This document shows, piece after piece, positions 50,101 to 62,100 of a stretch of DNA of 64,000 bases (positions within the stretch are counted from its first letter, which is position 1; each line of letters opens with the position of its first letter). This DNA comes from Magallana gigas (taxonomy: Eukaryota). A model generated the notes under the pieces. The model was given only the letters and a program-made list of their open reading frames with translations, was not told the origin of the DNA and made no database searches. Made by a program: the position numbers and the translations under genes. The stretch spans positions 27,032,001 through 27,096,000 of the forward strand of contig NC_088860.1 of assembly GCF_963853765.1 (NCBI RefSeq), in the 5' to 3' direction.

Positions 50101-53100
50101 TTACGTCGATTCCTATTGTGACGTCAGCAAACCCGCGAGCTACGTTAATATCCGCGTAAAATCGCGAGAAGCCCGTCTCGCGAATTTTAAAATCTCGCTT
50201 TTAATTTTCAGACATATGTAAACTACATGAAACTATGATAAAATTTCGGCATTCGCGATTTTATGTTCTCGCGATTTGATGGAAAACCGTTGAATCGTGG
50301 AATTAAGTACTCGCGTAAAATAAGGAATCTACAGTATATTTTTAGCTCATTTCTTTAATCATAATTCTAAATTATTTGCAGAATGATGAATTTACAATTT
50401 CAATCTATAAATCAAAATCGCTGCTTTGGGAAAACATGTGTAAGTCTTCTGACAGAGATCTGGAAGGTCCCAGTGAACGTTTACCTGGAGAAAAGGCATG
50501 ACCCCCTCAAACAGGTAATGCAGGGTGCCTCTGATGGACTCCTGCTTGCTCTCACCGCGGTCACTGAAGAAAAGTAAAAACATCAATCAGACACCAAATG
50601 TCAAAATTGCTGATATATATATATATATATATATCAAAGACGAGTGTGATACTGCAACCAACAAGCATGAAAAGCAGCGAGGTAATCTTGTGTCATTCAC
50701 GTTTTTTTATTCACGTTTTTTTTGTTTGTTTTAAACTGCAAAATGCAAAGTATTAAAATAGATAACATGCATAAATGACACAAATAGATTCTCCATTTCA
50801 TTTTGACTGCAGACGATGCTTTTCATTAGGCATTCACCATTGCAAAGCAACAACACATCTATAGAAGACTGTAGTTTCAACTCTTATAGGGTTATCAAGA
50901 ATTCTATAATGCCTAATATATAGATGGTTAAGTTTCTAACTGGCAGAGAAGTTTAAGATCTCCCGGTGTGACTTGTATATAAACACAAAAAATACTTATT
51001 TCTTTTAAATATGTTAATCTAATTAATGAAGATACCATTGAAGCAAAATATTGTATATATATATTTACTGCTACAAGCTTTACACAATGTGCAATTAACT
51101 AGATCTTAGAACAATTATTGATTCCCTAGGCATTAAACGTGTACAACGGTTACTTTACATCATTTGGGTCCATTATTTTCAACAGGCTTTGATCAAGATC
51201 TTGAAACTTCAGTACCTACATGGTTCCTTCACACAAGAACCAGTTTTATCAACAGTACAGCACAAGGCTATGTAGGTAATGGTTAAACTACAATTACAGT
51301 GGATTAATTCAGCAAAAAAGAGAACATTCACAGCTAAATACAGGTTTCAACTGGATCCATTTGACAAAATGTTTATTCCAAGCGGTTACTCTTCCATTCT
51401 TAAAAATGGAATTTCTTATGATATAAAAAATTTTCAATTTTTTTCAATAAAAATTTCAATTTCAGTTTTAAAGTTCAAAGTACAAGTGTGCTGAATTTGC
51501 TTTGTTAATCTGAAGTGATAACTGGTGACAAATATGTTAGAAACAGAAATAAAACCTGGTGACTTTTGCTTTGCTATATAATATCCCTATACATACATCA
51601 AACCTGTCTCATCCATCACCCTTTTAACCTGACACCCCCAGCCATTTTCCCATCCCTCCAACTGGGCCGTTGGATGAAACAGATTTAAATTGCAAAATCA
51701 TTGAAGAGAAATGCAGCACAACAATTTATCCTACAGTTGGACCTGACTTTACATGTAATCACTGTAATTGTCATTGATACAATTCAAATTGTTCACTAAA
51801 ATTCAGAGTTAAAATAATAGGATTTTCTTGCTTAGTTCTAATAGAAAAGGAGTCGAGTCCAAGTGATTCATGAATTCTTCAATAAAATGCATGCTCAATA
51901 CTTTTGTGTAGCAATGTTTTTTTTTTCAAACCAATAGGATAAAAATATACCATGAAGTCTCGTGTAGAGTAAGCCCTTGTGTATAATATGCATCCCCGTA
52001 AGTTGGTTGAAAAATTCTTTTAATCTTGTATGAGTAATATGCATTTAAAAAAGGACAAAAAAAGATAATTTTTATGTTAAAGTAACAGATGTGCACTATG
52101 TTGATTATGTATTGCAAGCACTTATTTGGAATAACATCAGTAGACATTGTACAAATCCACATCTACATATTTGACTAACATTCACCATAAACAAGTGTTG
52201 GTCAGATATCAAATGGGACAAATTCACAAAGGTGTAAGCCTCAAACACTCTCACGAGACAGGATACTTGAAAAATTACATTTATGGTGAAAAATGGGTAA
52301 AATTTACTCTTAAACTTTGCAAACCAACTTATGAAAAAATTTTGGTTTTCAAAAAGTGTTTACCATACACAAGACTTGATGTTATAGAGAATATTCAATT
52401 CCTGCTTGACTTGTCAAACACAAAACCTGATTTTTTAATTAATTATTTCACAAAATCAAGCAGTCTAAGGAAACATTCTAAGGATAAAGAAGCAGTCCTT
52501 GTTCATTAATGCCAAATCAATTTAAAAGAAATATGTCATATTGAACACATAAACTCAAAGAAACCATGCATTTATCCCTTAACTGATTTTCCTAAACACA
52601 GAATTTATAAATAACCAAAAAAAACCCTGTGATTTTATAGTTGGAAAATAATACATGAACGATATAATTAATGAAAATTTTTAACAAACCTCGATGTACT
52701 GAAATAAAATCAAAAAATAGTTTGAGAACTCAACTAGGATTGCTATCAAAGACAACAATTATTCAAACACATACAAACATTTCAGCAAAATAATTACAAC
52801 AAAGACATCAAAACTACAATCACATATCTCACAACAAAATATTGTACAAAATGAACAATTTGCATACTTCTCTTGTAAAAATGAAAACATTTAAGGAACA
52901 ATTAAAAAAAAACCCATGAAGATGGAAGATGGAATAAAGACGGAAATTGTCCTTGAAATGTGTTTTTTTAAAGTATGAATTCCTGTCAGACATTTAAGAT
53001 CATGCAAAACTATGCAAATTAAACTATAATTGATCTGAAATGTAATGATAAAACCTAGCTAAAAGACCATAGAAAAAAAATCAATGTTCTGAAGCAAAAA

Positions 53101-56100
53101 CTTTTAGAAATTCTTTTCAAGGTTTGCTGTATGTGCGGACATTTGACAGGTTTTGTTTGCAATCTTACCTGATGGTGATGATATAGAAACGCCTTCTATC
53201 AAAATTATTTTTCAAACCAAATTATTGGAGTGAGTTGACATCATTTAATTGTTAAATCAATTAATAAATTTGAGCATGCGAGTATTTCACCAATATGTCC
53301 TAGCTTATAAGTTTCTTTCTTTCTAGGTTAACTTTGCATTTAGAGCTGAAAATAAATTCTTTCAAGAAAATTTCTGTGTGCTTGTATTCTAAAAAAATCC
53401 ATAGAGATATGGCATATTTGCTTCAAATTATTTTCTATTTGGGAATGCAATTATCCCTGAAAATTCTAGACAATCTAATACTTTTTTTTCTTCAGAAAAC
53501 ATAATAAACAACTATAAAAGTTTTCTCCTGATTCAACACAATTCTCCTAGACCAGCAAAATCAAGGTAAATCCTTCAAGCTACATGATCACCTTCCACTG
53601 TGCCTTGCTTAAACTTGCTTGGCTTCTTGTCCCTTCTAAAACACTTTAGCACTATAAAATGAACCTGCCTATTTTTGATCAAATAAAAAGACTACAAGAA
53701 TTGTATACGGACAGTCTATAGCCACACTCAATGAGCTATATAGTACAATATAGTGAATATACCTTTTGCCTGGGGGTCTCTTGAGCAGGAGCTTGGTGGA
53801 GACTGGGTCACTCCGGCCGTACTCTGCGACCTCTGTCAAGGTCTTTGTGATCTCTGCTAGGTACTGCCACATTGACCTGCAGTGAAGGTCAGTCAAAAGT
53901 CAGCAGGAATTTAGAATTAATTGCGACCTACCATCATGTCATGTGACCTACCATCAAGTCACCTACCATTGATTCTACCATATATGTTAATCAATTTGAC
54001 CAATTATCACATCATGTGACATGATTTTGATGAAATTCATCATATTCTCTGACATGGTAATCACCATGTCGCGATACATGTACTAACTTGTCATGAGGCA
54101 TGTCCCCTGCCCCACTCTCTATCATCCCTCCGGCGGTGTTGAGGTAGACCCACAAGAAAAAGCGTAGGATTGGCTGTTTGAAGTTGTTACTGATTTGGGG
54201 ATTGGTCAGCAGACGAAGGAGCTCAGGGATGCGGAAGATGGTCTGACAGATCGACTCAATGTGCCGGTTCTCTCCCTTTGCAGAAGGAACACAAAAAATA
54301 CATAAATTTACAGCAATAGAAGACCAGCTGTTTTAAAATAGGCTATTAATTGTATCAAGCATAGTAGAGGAAAGATTAAGCATAGGGATAGATTCATACA
54401 TAAATAAATGGCAGTTTTAATAGGAGTGACTGGATAATCTCAGTTTTATTTGGAAACATCAAATTCTCTTTAAAATATTTCATACATCTATTTCAAAGTT
54501 CATAAATCTAAAGGATAGGCAATCGGAATTGATTATAATTCACTATCAATCACCCGTATTCTCACAGGCTTTTTGTCTTTATTGTCCATGCACATGCAAA
54601 TATTTTTTTTTTAAATGCATGCTGATTTGAACTGATGCTGTTATACACTAGCAGGTAATTAAGACAGAATGCAATGCAAACCATTTTTTTTTCATAATTC
54701 AGACTTCTTGACTCACACATATTGAACAAAAGGGGAACATAATTATAATACCTAATAAATCTTTTAACATGCAACCACTATAACATTTATTGAATAAAAC
54801 ATTTCATATTTTCAACAGATGCTTCACATTAAAATCTATCATATCTAATAAAGAATGAATATTAGACACCCCAAATCTCAAGCAAATTTTCTGTTTTAAA
54901 TAAAAACCAATCCTTCTAAAAAAAAAAAATTTATAAATACTACGCACTGTCAAAAATAAAGTGACAACATGATCATGTAATAGTCATATGACATCATTCA
55001 TAAATCTGATTATAATGTTCAATAAATTCAAAACAAAATAATTTGTAGGGAAAATTCTTAATTGATTCATGAACCATTAATTCAATGAAATTATATTTGT
55101 TGACCATGGAGCCATTTAAACCAAAAAAAATAAAAAAAAATCCAACTTGAACCATGCAATTACAGGATTGAAGGACACAAATTAAAGGCCAACTGGCAGT
55201 CCATAACACCGACAGATGTGTACTAATAAACCATACTATGACTGCTGTGGCCTACAACGAAGGGAATGTTACTGTAATATCAACAGTGTGTTGGAAATTA
55301 CTTTTCAAATTATCAAATGAAAGCAGAAGGATTTTCTATCAATCACTTTTGTCTCTCATCTATTGAGACTATTATATTTCATGCAATATGTATAATGCAA
55401 AAGATTTATTATTTCATTGTTTAAAAAACGTCAAATTGGCCAATATACACTTCAATTATTTTAACCTTTCATCCCATTATTTCAAAGCTACAGAATTTTA
55501 AACTAAAATTGACTGACTGTGTATTAATTTTATTGAGTATGAAACTAAATTTTTTCCCTGTACTAGCTACCAACAGTTCGACAGCCCTGTCTACTGATTT
55601 CCTACCTCTGCACAAGTAGCTAACATGTCCACCATTCCTATCAGATAATGAAGCTGTTTGTTTCCCGATTCTGTCAAAATCTTCTCCCTGGAAGGAAAAA
55701 CATAAAATCTTATCGAGTGATTCATAAAATTCGAACATCATATGCAGTATGTTTACACCAATGTTTATACCCATTGTCACAATGCTTCTTACATTAAAAA
55801 ATTTGGGTTGAAATTTTGATAAAAACTTTTATTGCAAATATTTTAAATGAAATCTGTAACAGGAAATGGAGGGCAGCTTGCTGGCATCTGGGACTGAACC
55901 TGGGTTTTCAGGTATGAGGTCAGGCAACACCAAAAGATCCAAATTAGCAGAACTGGTTTGACTTCATTCCTCCATCCCTTACTCCAACACTAAGACAATA
56001 CACCTTAAAGCTGCTCACTTTCCAGTACCCTCAATGACCCCTGTGCACTCACCTGGCAGCCTCGTCCTGGTCTATCACGTTTGCGATGTCCGATCGGAAC

Positions 56101-59100
56101 TGCATGAAGTACTGCATCACAAAGCTCTGGTTCCGCTTCAACGGCAAGTCCAACTCTTCCACTTTGACCACTGCGTTTAACAAGTCCAAGAACTGGGGCA
56201 CTTTTTCTTTGTTCTTAGCCACAAGAGTCATTATTCTTTGCACTTGGTTACCACTGATTTTCATGCAGGTGTTAGAATTGCCAGTAAATACCTGGAAATC
56301 AAACACAAGATTCATTTCATTGAAGTGCATGAATGAGAAACCAGTAGTTCAATATGAATTATTTTCTCGCAAACTTTGAAAATCTACTAATATGTAGATT
56401 TTTAAAGCATTTACCGGTATATTGTGTGCATACTATACATGCTTTAAGTAATGTCTACAATATTTAATCTTATATGATCTTATCTGTTATTTAACATCCC
56501 CCCCCCCCCAGTCAGCACTCAGATCCCCCCTTACCTCTGTAATACACTCGGCCAGCTCCTCCCCTGCACCCTCTGTGGACAACAGCAGGTCAAGACGGTC
56601 AAACAAACGACCTTGAACCAACTTGTTATTCCGTGCCATCAACTTTAGCAGGGTAAAAGTTCGCTGGAACACTTTTTTCAACCCTGTGTATTGATCCTGA
56701 AATTTTGAAAACCAATCAAGTTAATTTTATTTAAGGTACTGTGGTTTCATCAATCTTCGTTAAACACCAATTTTCATGGATTTTGTTGTTCGATCCACAA
56801 AATCAAATGTTTAATGAAGTACCAAGACAATGACATATATTGTACTTAAAATATAATGAGATTTATCCATGAATTTCCATATCCTTGAAACTATGAGTTT
56901 TACTAAAAAGCAAAAAATAGATGTCGAGTCATGTCCATGAATTTGAGATTTAAAATACTAACCAACAAAGATAAGCTACTTTCTTTACATTTTATTTGCT
57001 TTTTATGTGACTTGAAAACTCAACAAAACATAAATAAACTCATTTAAAATAGATCTTCTAGTTTTTCTTTCACTACAATTTTCTCTCCCCTTCACTTACC
57101 AGCAGTTTGATATCAATCTCTTGCTGTAGAATAGTGAACATGTCTTCAATGACACCTGTAAATTGTATTGATACAACCAGATGTAAATCTCTGAATTTGA
57201 TTGAATTATCTTTGATCCTTCCCATCATTCATTCAATAAAATTTACATCTACCACGTATTTCTTACGGAAACTTATAGTTAATTCATAGCTCTAAAGAAA
57301 CAGCCAGACTGAAATCTAAAATGCCCCATTTATCGATTTGTCGAAATCTACAGCGGCTGAAACTGACAGGACTGAAATTGACATGCCCGTTTATCAATTT
57401 GTCGAAACCTACAGCCACCTTAGGAAAATCACAGACGGCACAAAATAATCATGATTATGTCAGACTTAAAGTCTCATAGAAGACGATTTGGCTGTTTTTT
57501 TTAGCTAACATACTTATGTACTTTAACAATAATTAAGTGAATTTTACTTACTTTTCATAATCAATTTATTAATTAGTTAAAAGAAAGGTGTTTATATAAA
57601 CAATAAAATGCTTTCTTTGATGATTCATTTGGGTTATGAAGGTAGCGATCATTGCAGAAAAAATTGACATTTTTGCAAATCTTTTCTTAGTGTTGCGACT
57701 TTCATATCCCGATTGAATCGCCAAAGAAAGCATTTTATTGTTTAATTGTTCCGTGTGGGGTATCAGACAGTTACCGTGGTTATACAGAATACTCTGGTTC
57801 ATCCCATGTTCCTCTTCCGGCTCTCCGTCCAAATGGCACATTCTTCAAAAATGGATATATATTCCAATAAATAAATATAATTACTATAATTATAAAACTT
57901 ATATTATTAACTCAATTACACAACTTAATTTACCATGCAAACAGTTAACTTATTAACTTTAATTAACATTATATTTTTTTCGATTGTTAAAATTATTGTG
58001 ACATTTGGAATTTCCAATAAATTCTACTTTATGTATTTATGTGCTTTGTAATTCACACAAACTAAAGAAAGCCTCGATTACTGTAAATTCCTCATTAAAC
58101 GCGAGGAATTAATATCCACGTAAAATCGCGAGAAGCATCCTTCACGGATTTTAAAATCTCACCATTATTTTCTAAGAGTTGAAAACTATAAGAAATAAGG
58201 AAAAAAGTTGAACGTTCGCGATTTCATATTCTCGTGATTTGATACAAACCAGCGGGATCGCGGAATTAAGTACTCGCGTAATATAAGGAATTTTACAGTA
58301 GGCAATAGTGTCATTGCAAACCATGAACTTCAACATCACTGGCTTGTGGAATAAAATAAAAAGGAATAAAAATTGGGGGGGGGGGGAAGTCAAGCTAGAT
58401 GAGTATGGAAAACTGATTTTCTGGTGATATAGATGCACTAGCTGTCCTTGCAGAATTTGGTACAAACATGTCCAGTCCTAGTACTCACAAAATAAGCTGA
58501 TCTAGCAGCGACACCAGTTCCTCCCCTTGCTGGTTGCTCAGTTTGGACGAGGCCAAGCGACGCAGGTGGGGTAGAATCTTTTCTAGATTGTTGAAGGCTT
58601 CCACTGATTTGTCAGTGATCAGAACCTGTGATTAACAGACCCACATATTGTTTAAACGAGAGTCACAAATTTCACAAAAATCTCCCCCCCCCCCATAAAA
58701 GTTTTTATTTTCAAATGAAATATGGCAGCACTGAGGTTTGCTAAATTATTGTGATTTCATAGTTATTTTGATTCGGTTGTTGTTCTAACCAGAAGAAAGT
58801 CAATTCTTCTGTCTTGTAATTACTAACTAAAGATTAATAATTTAACTATATCAACTGAAAAGAACACAGGAATGAACAACAGACCTGAGCCTGCACTGCA
58901 TTGCCGAACAATTCATTGTGGGCGGAGTAATAGCGGTTCAGTAGATGCATCGACATTCTAATCATGTTGTCGTAGTGGTAGGACGACAGGTCCTGTAAAA
59001 CAGATGCCAAAATTTGGCTCGCATGAAATGTTTTTTGAAATAAAAACAAAACAGAAACTTTTCTAGCCCTTACAATTGAACTTGCTTACAAATTCATACT

Positions 59101-62100
59101 AATTGAAATTAATTACTGTCTCTTTGTCAGAGTTATCTCTCCTTAATTTAAGCCGAGTAGCCAAGTCTTACCTTCAATACATCAACCAAATCGTAGGTTT
59201 TCAAATAGTTGGTGTGGTCAAAAATTTCTTTCAATTTCCTCAATGCGGTCTTTGACACCCTTTCAAAAATAAGACAAGGAGATGATCTATTAATATTTCA
59301 TTGAAATAATATCTTGAAAAGATATAAATTCCAAAACTCATAAATTCAACAAAAGACTAAAAATAATTAAAGCAAGATTCAACTCTCATTAAAATTAAAA
59401 AATAATATGTGGAAATTCACATCTAAAAGAAATTACTTTGAAAGTGAAGGTTAATTATATGTTAAAATAAATCAATTTAACTAAAATATTTAAAATAAAT
59501 TTTGAATCTTAGGTGACTGGAAATTAAACAATAAACTAAGAAATGAACTCAAACTCAATGAACATTTTAAATTTGTTGATATGTGTTCTGAATAAACTTT
59601 TAAAAAGAAATTTAGAAAATTTACTCCTAATGCTACTTCTGAAATTAATCCTTATAGTTACATGCATGCACCTGTAAGAAAGATGTGTTCATATTGTTAC
59701 GTATATATAAAATACATGTACCGGTAAATGTCATGAAATGTAGATATTTGCTGTGAAACCCCCATAAAGATACACACATGCTGCTGTTTGTCTTAAGAAA
59801 CAAGGTTCTCTACACATTTAAAGTGTTGATTACCTTGAAAATGAAAGAAATTAAAAAAAAAAAAATATTGAAGCATGCAACTGGTGAGAAAGCACTATTT
59901 AAATGAAAATGATTGCAGGTTTCTCATCAACCAGGACTGTCTTACCCTGTCCAGTAGGCTCTGATGTCAAAAAACATCCAAATTAGCTCACAAAATCCCA
60001 ATTTATCACAGACGCATAAGAGAATGCTTGCTATCTTAAAAGTTATTATTTTTCTTTACAGAAAAAAATGCCTTTAGAAATTAGGAACTCCTTGAATTTT
60101 GTATTTTAATGTTCTGTTGATTTCTACATCAAGGCGTTAAACATGTATCCACATACAAAAAAAAAAGTTTTTTTCCTTCATTACTGACAATCATATTTTA
60201 TTAATATTCTTATATCATGCAAGCTCCTTATTTTAATAATAAGAATATATTTTTTTAACCCAACAGTTTAACGTTAATATTCAGTGAGCATGAATTGATA
60301 TAATCAGATCTAATTTATTGTATCAGAAAATTAATTGCGATAAAAATTCTGGCATTCATTGTTTTAATCTAGTAAACTCAAATAGATATACCGATACATT
60401 TACAGGTTAGGTACATATGTACTGACATGACACACAAAGCTCTCTATGATGGCAAAATGTAGGACAGAAGGGTAAAGGTCAAGGGTCAATCACATCTGCA
60501 AAATTTTTGCATGAAACTATATATCACTATAATGGTTTTTTCTGTGGGTGAAAATTTTTCTTTCTGATAAAGGTTATATTTATTTTGTAAAATAAAATAT
60601 TATCTTTTGTTTCAGTCTGTATTTTTTCTGTTTTCTGACTAATTACAGACTTCAAGGACATTGGCAATTATGAATATTAACATTTTTTTCACAGCAGAGA
60701 TTTTTGCCTTAATTTAGTTTATTAAATGAAGATATGATAGATGTACAATTAAGTTAAGAAGAGAGCATCCCACACAAAAATCCAGTAATATATAGTACAG
60801 TGTCTGCATGAACGTGTAGCGGTGAGCGGGGTTTATAGGGAGGGATTGGGAAATAGCTGCTACTGGATTGGATTTTCTCTCAGAAATAAACTGAAAAACT
60901 TACAAGTCCTGCACTCTACATTAGCAAAATACAAAAAAAAAAAATGGCCAATATGTTAGTAGTTATATTATAAGGATATAGATGACAGCAAGATTTTGAT
61001 TTGCTGAAAAAAAAATGTTAGTTTGATGAACAAATTTGATTTCAAATGCAAATGAAAAAAAACACTGATGAAATATATGAAGGTTGGTGAACTACCTGAT
61101 TTCTAACAGAGTTAATTGTATACAAGTCAGTAGAAATTAGTGAAAAAATAATTAATATTCAATTAAACCAGTGGAGTGCCTCAATTGTCTCAAATAAAAG
61201 GAACTTCATCAAAAGATCAATGTCAAATCTTTACTCCAAAGTATCAATTGATCTTGGATGGGGTCAAAATATGCAAATTATTTTTTATCCGAAATTCATT
61301 GACATTATAAAACTCATTTGATTATAATCAATGCTGACATCTACTGAACAGTAAATGAAAATGCAGTTATTTTAACAGTGGCATTTCTTATCGGAGTATT
61401 TTTTTTCACTTTTTGCATGAATTCATGCCTGCTAAATCTGACACCCTAATACCAGTATGCAAAGAAAACTTAACATATAATTAAGCTTGTTCATCATTAT
61501 TAAATTAATTAATTAATTACTATGCTAAAAAGTGATACAGAAGGCTGCACTCAATTTTGAGTGGACTTTAAGAAATTCAATATTAAATTGATTTTACTTT
61601 TTCAAATTTTTTCCAAGAATCCTTCAAACCAATAGTTAATGACATTGAACTTTTGACCTCTTCCCCAATGGAAATTAATCACTATTCCAGGGTTCATTAA
61701 ATAGGATATTAAACAAAATAACTCATAAACAGATTGTCAACTGGCATACATACGTTTGCTGCCTGTTTAAGAAATCGTCATTGGAAAATGTTACATTTAT
61801 ATAAGGAAAAGAGAATAAACAAAACTCTAATAAATATGACATTACATACGGAATAAAAATACTTTTTTTTTTTTTTTTAAATAAAAATAAACTATGAATG
61901 ACTCTTAATCATGACTGTTCTGTTCCATTTTCTTTGATTTTTGAAGCAAGAGGGAAAAAATAGAGGAATGTACCCGTCAATAACAAATTTTTTTTTTAGT
62001 ACTTCAAACCTCATGCATGTGTGCTTATTTTTTGAAAGAATAATTGACACAGTGTACTTTAAATACTTATCAAGAATTTGACACATGAATTTATTTTCAA

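Noticed and set aside
55469-55780. 103-aa ORF as the channel exon frame
   Set aside because: The IP3R-like frame (EKILTESGNKQLHYLIGMVDMLATCAE, 55687-55606) is a different one; the same holds for ORF 63133-63438.
57290-57500. Two-copy direct repeat and related fragments (~43735, ~53130)
   Set aside because: Likely fragments of a common interspersed repeat; boundaries cannot be defined.
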